Part shown: one piece after another, positions 30,589 to 41,046 of the stretch
Position numbering within the stretch: the first letter of the stretch is position 1
How the letters are laid out: each line of letters starts with the position of its first letter
Assembly: GCA_964019335.1 (NCBI GenBank)
Contig: OZ025651.1
Span: 682,001 to 746,000 of the forward strand
Direction of reading: 5' to 3'
Source: Diplonema japonicum
Lineage: Eukaryota; Protista; Euglenozoa: Diplonemea
DNA: 64,000 nt
Position numbers and translations under genes: made by a program
The notes under the pieces: generated by a model
Database searches by the model: none
Seen by the model: only the letters and a program-made list of their open reading frames with translations
Told to the model about the DNA's origin: nothing

Positions 30589-33500
30589 ATGGGGGACATG
30601 GTGGAATTACCAGACGTGGAGATAAAAGTGGTGATCTTAACAGGGTTCGTCATTACGCTGGATGTGAACCCGAGGGACACAGTGTTGGACCTGCGCCAGA
30701 TCCTAGGCGAAGCAATGGAGTCTTGCTATGTAACGTCTTACCACGTGTATGACAAAAACGATGAGATGCTTGAGGACTACGACACTCTCGGAGACATTGC
30801 GAAGGGTGACGAGTACACGTTGAAATTCAAGAACTACAACGACAAGGAAATGCGGCTGCACGTGAATCATCTACAAGGGCTTTTGGCAGCGAGGCTGGAC
30901 GAGGTAATGGTGTCGCCAATGCCCACCACCCAGCACAGCAAGGCTCTGGAGCCGCAAAAAACAAAGTCCTATCCCTCCTTTGCAAAACTGATAGGTAACG
31001 ACGTGCAAAAAATCGCCAGCGACCTCGACGATACTTACCCCGAGCCTAAATCTTCATCACACCCGGAACTACCCGATGCCGGTCCCTTCGCGTGCGCGGA
31101 AGATTTCACAAAACCCGTCACCCTCGATGGCTTTTACGAAATGATGCAGCAAATCCCTTCCGTAAAACACGCCATCTCGCAATCCCTTTCCATCACATGG
31201 AGCGGGTTCAATCCTCCTCAAAGACACCGCAGGCTGCAAGGCGATCTTGGTTATATTGATTTGCAATTTCAGGGCGGGGCATTATACCAGGTAACGTGCA
31301 CACCGCATGGTTTCTTCGTGAACCAGACGAAGACCCGATCGGAGCTGAACCCCGCGCCCGCTGCCAAGCCGCATCATTCCGAAACCTTGCTCGGTCTCAT
31401 CTTCCAATTGAACCCGAAGTACAAAGAAAAGACCTGCGAGCTGTTCCGTGTCAGAGCGTCCTTGCATCCTTTTGAGACAGGCCCAATAGCGGTGCCGATG
31501 CACCGTTCCGAGTGGATAGAACCTCAAGACATTCAGAAGCTAGGGGACATCCCCAGCGGAGGGCGTCCTATTGTACAGGACTACCACGTGCCTGTGCGGA
31601 CATGGAACGACGAGGTGCAGAGGGGTTTGGAGCTGCCGAATGGTACGTTTGAAGAGCGGTTTGTGAAGGACAAGACGCTGTCCCGTTTGCACGCGGAGTT
31701 CGTTGATTTTGCAGCGCAGGCCGCGGTAAGCGCTGTGGACGGCCATGTGACGCCGTTAAACCCCCAGGAGCCCCCCGAACAATGGGTCTACCTCATCAAC
31801 AACACCTTTATATCCCAAGCCGTCGACACAAGGCAGACTTACACCGAGATCGGCGGCAACCGTGCTGCTCGCGTTTTCGCCAAGCAAGACATGCACGGTC
31901 TCCATGCCATCAGGAAGCTGAACACAAAGCTCTCGACAGTCTCGACAGCCATCTTTGACTACAAGGGAAAACGAATGGTCTGCCAGACCCTCGTTCCCGG
32001 TATTTTAATGCAGAAGGCAGACGGAAAGGTCGCCTCCCCGCAGGTACACGGGCTTGGGGAGGAGAACGAAGGCGCGTACCTCATCGACGAAGTCGTGCAG
32101 GATGAACTGAAGAAACTTGCTCCCGCGCTTCACTTGGAGTCCCACATGATGAAAGACGCGGAGGGTGAAGAACACGTGGTGCATGCGAATAGTGAGATCA
32201 AAGCGATGCACAGCAGTGATGACCGTCGGTACCTGTTGGAATGCAGCAAACTGACGCCACGTGACGTCAACTGGCCGGACAACTACCTGGCGTTCACACG
32301 ATTCGAGCTCATCGAGGATTTCATCAGATCAAAGCGAACACACCCTGTCTACGCCGAGATCAATGCTGAGATGTTGAAACGAGGGAGCACCGGCGAGTCA
32401 TCCGTCGATGGGCACTTCTGGGCGATGGAGAAAAACGCGGAAGCCGACATAGAGCACGTCCCGAAGTTCAACTGCGATATGCACACTTTCATGCCGAACA
32501 TGCAGCTGACGGACCCGAAGGAGAAGCAGGAAGCCAGCCAGGAAGTTCTTAAGGAGCTCGCAGCATTCTTGAAATCGAAGCTCGCCACCATTGTCGATGA
32601 AATCGTAAAGACAGAGGTCGTCGACACAGAGTGCTTGAAGGACGTGTTCCACGACTACGGCGTGAACATGCGGTACCTAGGTGAGGTGATTACTATGCTC
32701 CCTGACTGGGCCACGAATGCCGCATCTCTTTGCAGAACCGAGATCGTGTCTCGTATCCTGAAACATAAAATCCGCGACGTGATGCTGGAGAACAGCTTGG
32801 AAGACGTGGCCACCCCTGTTGCAGAGCTTCTGAGCAGCGTGCTCGGCGACAAGAAAAAGAAATCAGAGCCAGGAAAAAAAAAAAAAAAGAACAAGAAGAA
32901 GAAAACAACCCCAGCTGCAAAAGACAGAGAGGAGAAATGGATCGAAGACGCTGCTTTAAAAAGCTTCAAACATAAACTGGAAGAAGGCTGGATCTCCACC
33001 ATCGACAAATTCATGTTGTTGAGAGCAGTGTGCTGTAAAACAGGGATCACGGTCAAGCAGAGAAGGTACGACTTCACAGAAGACGAGCCCATCGAAGCAG
33101 AGGATATTATTGACATGTGGCCCATCATGCACCACCACCCGCCGTACTTCAGCGCCATGGAAGCTCTGCTGGACAACAGCCAGCAAGAGGGTCCTGAAAT
33201 AACAATTCAAAAGGTCCGTCAGGCTTTAACACACGCCCATATTGTGGTCGGTGCTGTTTGCACCGAATCCGCTTTATGCTTCCAAGCCTTGGCAAAGATG
33301 ATGCTTTCTGACATCGACACCGCCATCCAGCACCAGTACAAGGCACTCATTATCAGTAGAAGGCTGCTCGGGCCTACCCACGGAAACATGGTTTCTTTGT
33401 TGAAAAACATATCGGTGATGGCTTATATGACTGGGCGGTACTACCCTGCGATCCAATACCTCCGCAGGGCGATGTACCTCAGTCGTGCGCTGTGTGGTGA

Positions 33501-34552
33501 TGTGAGCTTTGATATTTTGTTCACCCTAGCGAGCTTCTACAACGAATCGGGGCACGCTGAGCAGGCGATACACATCCTGAACCACACTGTGGAGAAGGCG
33601 ACGAAGATCTCGGCTGATAGCGACCAGCTTGCTCTGTGCACCCAGCATCTTTCGCTCGTGTACGGGCACAGCGGGTATTTGACAAAGGCTGTGGAACATC
33701 AGAAAAAAGCGCTTGAACTTTTCAACAAAGCCCTAGGGCCTGACAATGCTCAGACAAAGGAAGCTGACTCGTGGTATGGAAAGGAATATTTAAAAAAAAT
33801 AGCTATTTACTGCCAACAAGTAATGACTTTACCGACACTCTGAAATTACTTCACCACGAGGGGCACAACAGGGTGACAAGGGGCACAACAAGAGAGGGGT
33901 TACAAAGGTTACAATACAAGTTGTTTTTCCTCCTTTTGTTGACTAAGAGCTGCCGCTGTCGCTGGCATTGCCACTGTCACCATCTCTAATCAGGCCTTCC
34001 CATACCTGGCGCGGCCGCTGGCTCCTTTTTTTCTGCTGCTTCGGTATTTTGAAGTCTTTTGGGGTGCTTGGGTAAGCTGACTAAGTTACCCTTACCCACA
34101 GAAGAGTTACCCCCAGAAACTGGGAACAAGGCCTAGCCAAAAGTGGGCAAATTGGGAGGAAAAAGTAGTCCAACTTGGAACTGAGCCGAGGCAAAAGTTG
34201 CAATTGAGCTGAACCTGGGGGGAAATAGCAAACTGAGAGGAAAAAGTAGCCCCACTGGGAACCGAACCGAGGCAAAAATTGGCCGAGGCATATTATTTAA
34301 GGACGGAAACCCCCTATTACTTCACGGAAAACAGGCCATTATTTCACCGTGAAGTAATGAGATTTAGCGTGAAGTAATGAGATTTAGCGTGAAGTAATGG
34401 GCCCCCCAGTGCGTGAAGTAATTTCTGAAGAGTGAAATAAAAAAAAAAAAAAAAAAAGGTACCGTCACTGGGTCAAAACTGCTGTTGAGAAGGCAAAGAC
34501 TGCCAAGGCCATCGCTGCAAACAAGGCTGCTGCGCCAGCGAAGAAAAAGTAA
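30589..34552 (+). CDS. CLU1: Clustered mitochondria protein (CLU1/CLUH); join(30589..33773,34459..34552)
   Basis: SGFNPPQRHRRLQGDLGY, RTWNDEVQ, DYKGKRMVCQTLVPGIL, DDRRYLLE...PRDVN and HDYGVNMRYLG, with TPR-like C-terminus. The proposed last exon gives DSW|YRHWVKTAVEKAK...stop. Confidence 0.92.
33774..34458 (+). other. Intron, 685 nt, expanded by an insertion
   Basis: GTATG donor and poly(A)-AG acceptor match the short-intron class. The interior carries an inverted-repeat element. Confidence 0.8.
33836..34434. mobile_element. Probable non-autonomous DNA transposon remnant with CAC...GTG ends and subterminal repeats
   Basis: Left CACTCT---GAAATTACTTCAC versus reverse complement of the right end CACTCTTCAGAAATTACTTCAC. 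CGTGAAGTAAT repeated at 34348, 34368, 34388 and 34412, with an inverted copy at 34316. No clear TSD at these ends. Confidence 0.6.
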
Positions 34553-35142
34553 AAATTTTGTTTTTTTTTTTTGATTTTTTTTTTCTTCTCTTCTTTTCCC
34601 CTCCCCATCAACAGGGAATTTCTTCTTCTTTTTTTTTTGATCAATTTTTTTCGGGGGGTATCAAAAGTGTCCCGATTGGGCTGTCTTCTTTTTTCGGGCC
34701 ATTGCATTCTAAGGCATCGAAGTGCCGTGCACCATACAACGGGGAGCTTTAAGAGACTACCCAAAATGTGACCTCCTAAGAAGTGTGCACTTAGACGGCT
34801 TTTGTTTTTACTTCGTTTTTTACTAGATAAAAATAACGGTCGTGCTCCAAACTTTTTTTTGAGGAATGGTTTTTTGATGCTCCCCCCTCCCCCCCAAAAA
34901 AAACTTTTCTTTCCTTTTTATATTATTATAGTTCCTTTGAAGAGTCTGATGACTGTCGCTTTACATTTAGTGTTCTGAAAAAGAAAAAAAATCGAGAGGA
35001 AAAAAAAAAAAAAAAAAAAAAATACAACACACACACAACTCCACTTTCCCCCCACTTCAATTTTTTTTTGTTTTTTTTTTTTTTGCAAACACGAAAAAAA
35101 AAAAAACTTTTTTTTCCCTGAGGTGAAAAAAAAAAAAAAAAA

Positions 35143-36303
35143 ATGGAGCGAAGTAACACGGACGAGTTTGAGATAGTGATGGGTGCCAGTGACTGGAAGG
35201 CGTACAACACGCAGGTGAGCGCGATAATAATGGAGTTCAATGAAGAGCACATCCGAGGGAAGGCCAAGGGGCAAGGAATGCTCAACTACATCCCGCTGGG
35301 CAATGTGTTCACACTGGAGGTAGAAATGCCCTACGGGTTCCCGGCGGTCCGGCCTATAGTGCGACTATCTGAGCCCGACTTCAAAACCGTCACGCAGAAG
35401 CACCTCGACAACGAGGGGTTTATAGTCCACCCAGGCCTCTTATCATGGAAGCACCCCGAACCACTTTCAGAGGTTTTGAGGAAGATATTCACCGATTTAA
35501 GTTCTGACCCGCCGAGACCAAAAATCAAATGGGGTTTTGGTGCAGCGAGTACACCTGACTTAAGGGCACCATCGGCACCTACAGAAGCAACACAGCCAAC
35601 ACCATCGAAGCCTAAAATAAACTGGGGTTTCGGATCGGTATCAGCCAAGGAGGTCCGCATGGATGTTCGGACAACGGATGTTAAAGCATGCAAGGTGGCG
35701 GAGGCACCACCGATTCCTGCATTGTCAGTACCACTGCCATCGTCGTCGAAAAATGTTTTCAAGCCCTCACCAGTTCCGGTCGAAATTCACAAGAAACCTG
35801 TGGAAGAAGTCGCACTGCCCTCTGTTCCCGACGTTCCAAGATCGTTTCCTAGCGTTCAAAAACTTTCTGTGAGGGAGCTTCAAAAAATATCCTCTGAAGG
35901 CTTGGACACCGCAACCCTTCGTAACCTCTCTGAGGGTTTCTTCACAAGCTCCGACAATGTCACTGAGAAAGCTGTACTAAAAAGCCAGGCAAACTCGCAA
36001 AAACTCGCGGAAGCCGAGGACGACCTCCAACTTTCCCGAACTAAAGTTTTCGATCTGCGTGCAAAACTTGCCTCTCTCAAAGAAGAGCTTGATGTAGTTA
36101 GTCTCTGCAAGGCGGACGTCATTGAGTCGCGTAACTCTAACGTGCACTTGACTGCTATCAGAACCGAGGCGCAGGATAACCTTCGAGCAGCTCAAGCTCA
36201 ATTTGAGAAGTCCCGCGAACCCCTTGCTTATCTGAACTCGGCTTTCTTTCCTCTTGCGGCCGAGTACCACAAGGTCATGCTTTCTATCGGTAGCTCCCAG
36301 TAA
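35143..36303 (+). CDS. ESCRT-I subunit, Vps37A-like (UEV domain + Mod(r)-like coiled coil)
   Basis: UEV pattern LEVEMPYGFPAVRP...HLDNEGFIVHPGLLSW...DPP. C-terminal FPSVQKLSVRELQ resembles Vps37A. A TSG101-like identity is not excluded. Confidence 0.7.
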   Translation: MERSNTDEFEIVMGASDWKAYNTQVSAIIMEFNEEHIRGKAKGQGMLNYIPLGNVFTLEVEMPYGFPAVRPIVRLSEPDFKTVTQKHLDNEGFIVHPGLLSWKHPEPLSEVLRKIFTDLSSDPPRPKIKWGFGAASTPDLRAPSAPTEATQPTPSKPKINWGFGSVSAKEVRMDVRTTDVKACKVAEAPPIPALSVPLPSSSKNVFKPSPVPVEIHKKPVEEVALPSVPDVPRSFPSVQKLSVRELQKISSEGLDTATLRNLSEGFFTSSDNVTEKAVLKSQANSQKLAEAEDDLQLSRTKVFDLRAKLASLKEELDVVSLCKADVIESRNSNVHLTAIRTEAQDNLRAAQAQFEKSREPLAYLNSAFFPLAAEYHKVMLSIGSSQ

Positions 36304-36719
36304 AAGAGAGAGAGAGGGGGGGGGGGGGGGGGGGAGATGGTGTTTTATTAACTTGTTTCGCATCAATCACAAGATTCGGTATTTTCCTCCACTCCCCCTT
36401 TTTCTTTTTCTTTTTCTTTTTTTTTTTTTTACACGTGGAGCTTTTTTTTCTCTTTTTTTTTTCTCTCTCTTTTGCTTTTTTCTTTTTTTTTTTCTGGTTT
36501 TCACTTAAACGAGGAATTGCGCTATGCAGGGCTGTATTGAGGTTGGGGCTCCCTTGCCTGCTCTGAATGAACAACGAAAAGAAAAGAAAAAAAAAGGGGG
36601 GGGAAGCGCCAAAAGAATGTTTAGAATTTCCCCAGCTGACCTTTGGAAATTTTCCCCAAGATTCTCTCTATAGCCCCTTGGAGCAAGTCCGGGATTGACC
36701 AGACCGATGGGCGTAGGTT

Positions 36720-36720
<1 letters not shown>

Positions 36721-36745
<25 letters not shown>
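36721..36745. repeat. (TAT)8 microsatellite
   Basis: Seen directly in the sequence. Confidence 0.9.
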
Positions 36746-36750
<5 letters not shown>

Positions 36751-37214
36751 TGACGAACAAGCAAACTGCACGATAGCAGAATCTTGGTTACCCGGGGGCC
36801 CCGGCTGGGACTGAGCTGCACACCGCATGTATTGAGGAGACTACGTTCAATGCAAAAGAAAGCCGAAGCTCGGCCGAGGTGCGCCCCCTGGAATCAAGTA
36901 GACAGTACCTGTGCAGGGTGCCACCTACACTGATCTCCTTTCTCCTATTTTTTTATTTATTTTATGTTTCTCTTTTTTTTCAAATGTTTGTTTTCTTTTT
37001 CTTTCCCCCCCCCCTCTTGGGTTTCCCCTCAATTGTTTAGCGAGAGAAAGAGAGGCATAATATCTAGCAATGTGACGATTTTTTTTTTGTAGTTTTTTTT
37101 TTCTCTTCTTATAAAGAAAACTTATGCTCTCTTCTGTTATCTTTTCTGCCTCATTCGTTGTTTGTTCTGTAGATTCTAACCACAAAAAAAAAGAAGAAGA
37201 AAAAAAAGAAATCT

Positions 37215-37260
37215 CCATTTTTTTTACCTTTCGCTTTTCTTTCATGTACCTTTCCCACAG
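37215..37260 (+). promoter_or_regulatory. Putative trans-splice acceptor (polypyrimidine tract + CAG)
   Basis: Pyrimidine-rich tract ending TTTCCCACAG, 7 nt before ATG 37268. Confidence 0.5.
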
Positions 37261-37267
37261 GAATACC

Positions 37268-39415
37268 ATGTGTTCATACAGCGATACTTTGAATGATTAT
37301 TTAAAAATAAAAAAACTGGGCAGCGGGGCGTTCGGGGATGTCTGGGAGGTGACGAAAGACGACCGGACCTACGCAATAAAGCAACTTACACACCAAACAA
37401 CCGAACAAGCAAACAAGAGCCTCGCAGAGGCGTTCCTACAAAAAGAAATGGAGCACCCCAACATCGTGAGCTGCCACGAGGTGTTCCTGACAACGGATGA
37501 AATGTCTGTGTGCATCGTGATGACGCTCTACGAAGGCACATTGACAGATCTCATTAACAAAAACAAGAAGCTACCCGAGAGCACAGTCCTGCAAATGCTC
37601 CACGCCGTGTGCGAGGGGCTGTCCTACCTGCACGAGAATAGAATAATCCACCGTGACGTGAAGCCCGACAACATCTTCTTCAGGACAACACCCGACGGAA
37701 GCTTCGAGTTCGTCTTGGGCGACTTAGGGCTCGGCAGGAAAGTCGGCAACACGCTGTTACAAACAATGGCTGGGACACCACTGTTCATGGCGCCAGAATG
37801 TTTGTTCGACAAAGGCTACTCATTTAAGGCGGACATGTGGTCTTTAGGAGTAACAGCCTGCCTCTGCATGTTCGGGCAAACAGTGGTGGAGGAATTTACC
37901 ATTAGCCTCCGATCCGAGGAGCGGGAACAAACCCATCGTGACGTGGTGAAGCTTCTGGAGAAGAACATGCCGTGCGTTGAGCTTCGTACTATGATCTGCA
38001 GGCTGCTCAACCCAAACCCGGAGAAAAGACATGCTGTGCGACGGGAACAGGTTCTCTTCTGCGAAAAGCACGGGAAGGAGATGAACCTCGTGTGCTCCAT
38101 GGCAGGGTGCGACAGGAACCTGCTATGCTTCGACTGCCTTCGAAACGGCCACAACGGGCACATGTTTAACCTCGCCAAGGACATCGAGGAGCAGACCGGG
38201 GTGTATCTCAACGACTGCAACGCGAGGCTAAAAACAGCAGAAGCACGCCTGCGAAGCCAAAAATGCGTAGGGGCAATGGCAGACCTCATCCGCACGCAGA
38301 TCAACGCGGGGTTTCAAGAAGCACAGGACGCGTGCATCGCTGAACTCCAAAAACAGAAACAAAAACACCACCTCAAGGTGGACACCTGGGAGAACAACGC
38401 AAAAAAAGAAGCTCGCGAATGCCTCTCACAAAAAATACACCTTCAAAACCTGAAAAACAAAGTGGACAACGCAATGGATCACGGTGGTCCCTGCGAGAAG
38501 GCGCATCTGGCCGCATTACTGGAGGAAACCATCGATTCGGCTACGAGAGTAGATCCGTTGGTGTTGTTCCAGAAGAATCTGTGCTTCACCGGACCATCTC
38601 GCGATGCTGCTGAAGAAGCTGCTCGGCTGGCTGCGGAAACAGCGGTGATGGAAGTGCAAAACACAAAGACCCCTGTTGAAGAAGATCGCAGCACTGGTGG
38701 GATTTCTAAAAGTTTAAAGAGTCTACTTCTCGGACAACACATAGAGGTAGCCTACAACGAACTTGACACCATTGGGCAAGACGGATCCTGTTTGATCATC
38801 GATTTCAAAGGAGCACCGAAGATCGAAGTGGCAAGGAAACACATTGTTTTAATATCAAGCTTTGAACACGTGAAGATAAAGGGCGTGGAGCACGATATTG
38901 CAGACGGGTTTCTATCTTGCGAAGGGTTCGCTGGTTTGAGACCGAAGATGAAGCATTTGACTATCTCTCTTACTGCCAAGATTCGCATTGGGGACGGCTT
39001 TGCGGCAAAGCAAGAAAGTTTGCTTTCGCTTACATTTGATTTAGGTACATCTGCGCATGCTGTGTCCCTCCTACACGGATACGGTAAGAGGATTACCAGT
39101 ACAAAGGGTGCCAGTATGGCCACTCAGCTGGGGGGTGAGCTCTTGCGGAACATAAACCAGCTCAGCCCGATTTCAAGGTTTGGCAGCACATTCTTAGATA
39201 GGTATCGTGCCTTGTCCGGCCCTCTCTCGTTCGTCACCTCCGTCGGGACTAATTTTCTAGGTGGTTGTCGCAACCTGAAAACCGTCGATCTCCGACCCCT
39301 CTCTAATATTTCCTCGCTCGGTAACAATTTTTTATCTGGGTGCAGGTCTCTGGAAGTTCCTGACCGATTTTCTTTACCGGATTTGGTTAGGAGGGCCCTC
39401 CCAGAAGAAATCTAA
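37268..39415 (+). CDS. NEK-like Ser/Thr kinase + B-box + coiled coil + BspA-type LRR
   Basis: Kinase motifs [20 protein letters not shown] and GTPLFMAPE. B-box CEKH...C...C...CFDC...HNGH. LRR VTSVGTNFLGGCRNLKTVDL / ISSLGNNFLSGCRSL. Confidence 0.88.
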   Translation: MCSYSDTLNDYLKIKKLGSGAFGDVWEVTKDDRTYAIKQLTHQTTEQANKSLAEAFLQKEMEHPNIVSCHEVFLTTDEMSVCIVMTLYEGTLTDLINKNKKLPESTVLQMLHAVCEGLSYLHENRIIHRDVKPDNIFFRTTPDGSFEFVLGDLGLGRKVGNTLLQTMAGTPLFMAPECLFDKGYSFKADMWSLGVTACLCMFGQTVVEEFTISLRSEEREQTHRDVVKLLEKNMPCVELRTMICRLLNPNPEKRHAVRREQVLFCEKHGKEMNLVCSMAGCDRNLLCFDCLRNGHNGHMFNLAKDIEEQTGVYLNDCNARLKTAEARLRSQKCVGAMADLIRTQINAGFQEAQDACIAELQKQKQKHHLKVDTWENNAKKEARECLSQKIHLQNLKNKVDNAMDHGGPCEKAHLAALLEETIDSATRVDPLVLFQKNLCFTGPSRDAAEEAARLAAETAVMEVQNTKTPVEEDRSTGGISKSLKSLLLGQHIEVAYNELDTIGQDGSCLIIDFKGAPKIEVARKHIVLISSFEHVKIKGVEHDIADGFLSCEGFAGLRPKMKHLTISLTAKIRIGDGFAAKQESLLSLTFDLGTSAHAVSLLHGYGKRITSTKGASMATQLGGELLRNINQLSPISRFGSTFLDRYRALSGPLSFVTSVGTNFLGGCRNLKTVDLRPLSNISSLGNNFLSGCRSLEVPDRFSLPDLVRRALPEEI

Positions 39416-40023
39416 TTTTTTTTTTTTTGCTATTTTTTCCCCCCCCTTTCAATCTTCAAAAAAGAAAAATGAAGGGAGGGGGGGAAAAAATGCGGACGGG
39501 ACGAACGGTGAATCTACAATATTCCCGAACGGAAAAAAAAAAAAAAAAAGAGCAAAGACTCGATGCGTGCCAATATTTTTTTGCATTATCGTATCATTGC
39601 CCTCCCCCTCCCCTCCCCTACACATATGTTGGCAAAGGAACATGTTTACTGTTTTTTTTTCTTCTGCAACATAGCCCTACACATGTTGATTAAAAGGATA
39701 GTTTGTTTATGGTAGTTTTTTTCCGCCTTGTTCCTAGTTAGTAGTTTTTGGAGCTTTTAGACTGAAACAAATAATGACGCATCTATTTCCCTTCCATTCC
39801 CCCCCCCCCTTTTTTTTCCCCCGGGTTTTCTAGAAAACCGTTAGCGAGCGAGGATTTTCTTTCTTTTTTTTTTTTTTCCTACGAATTTCTTTTCTGTTTT
39901 TTTTTCTTTCTTTCTTACATTCAAATGCATCCTTGTGTCGAACAAAAGAAACTTCTACTGTTATCAAACGAAGCTATTCATAACAGACGTTAGTTCATTT
40001 GGCAGGAAATAAATAAGGAATTC

Positions 40024-40059
<36 letters not shown>

Positions 40060-41046
40060 ACTCTTTCGGGTTTCAACCTATCATTACCTATCTGCAGCAT
40101 AATCCCAACTTTGCCCAAAAATACCCAGTTTGATCGACGCTTGAAAATAGTCGCCGGAAAAAAAAAAAAAAAAAAAAAAGAAAAGAAAAGTTAGTATCCG
40201 GAGTGAACCAGTGTTAGCATTGACCTAAGAGGGTCTAAGTAGATTCTCAAAACACACAAGAAAAAAAAAGGAAAAAAAAATGTTTCTATTTTAATAATTT
40301 ACGCTATTTTGTAACGCAAAACGAACCTTAACAAACATTTGTTTAAAGTTTGTTTTTATGTGATATTCCTTTCGGAGGGCCCCTTCAAATTTCTATTTCA
40401 GGGGTAGCAGGATCTTGGCCGGGTCTAGGCACGCAGCGAAGTCTGTCACCCAGGTACAAACAGACTTTAAAAGATAGAGTTTTAATATTTCACATCCTTT
40501 TTTTTCCCCTTCTCTTTTTTTTCTTTTTCTTTGGGTTCTTCCCTTAGATGCGGAAGTTAAACTGAATGCTTTTTTTTTTTTTTTTTTTAGAGGGATCTGT
40601 TTCCTTTCTCTATTTCTTTTTCCTTATATTATTTGAATACCATTTAGTTAGGTCTATAGAAAGTCCCTAGAAAAAAGAAAAAAAATTATTTTGGAGCACA
40701 AATGAAAAGCAGGACCTGGGTGCAACAACAAAACCGAAGCTGTGATTTTTTTGCTTTTTTTTTTCTTTTCTTCTCTTTCTGTCGTCATGCTGTTCCGTTC
40801 CAAAAGAACATGATGACCCCCTCCCCCCATTGTATATCGAAATTTTCGAAAAAAAATTTCCACCCCCCACATTAATTTAGTCGTTCACGACCCCTCCCTC
40901 CCTCTTTTTTTTTCCACTAACTCTTTTCTTTTCCCCATTCCCCCCCCCTACTTTTTTATTCAACAAAATCGAATTATTACAAAAAAAACTAGGGGAGGAG
41001 CGGGGGCGGGGGGGGGGGGGGGAGGAAAGAAACAAAAAAAAGAAAA

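Noticed and set aside
32850-32915. Intron at the A-rich stretch inside CLU1 (also 44000-44040 and 53860-53890)
   Set aside because: No consensus GTAY donor, the frame is intact, and mixed AAG/AAA codons indicate genuine Lys-rich coding sequence.
34316-34425. CRISPR-like array
   Set aside because: Head-to-tail 20-nt repeats without unique spacers in a eukaryotic intron. Better explained as transposon subterminal repeats.
34640-34980. snoRNAs (TGATGA...CTGA; small hairpins, also near 5058, 36510 and 40440)
   Set aside because: Box spacing is too short and I could not identify an rRNA target. An Infernal/snoscan run would be needed.
39955-39996. Spliced-leader RNA gene (minus strand starts AACTAACG)
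   Set aside because: Only 8 nt match. The conserved CAGTTTCTGTA...TTG|GTA core is absent, leaving just a small hairpin.
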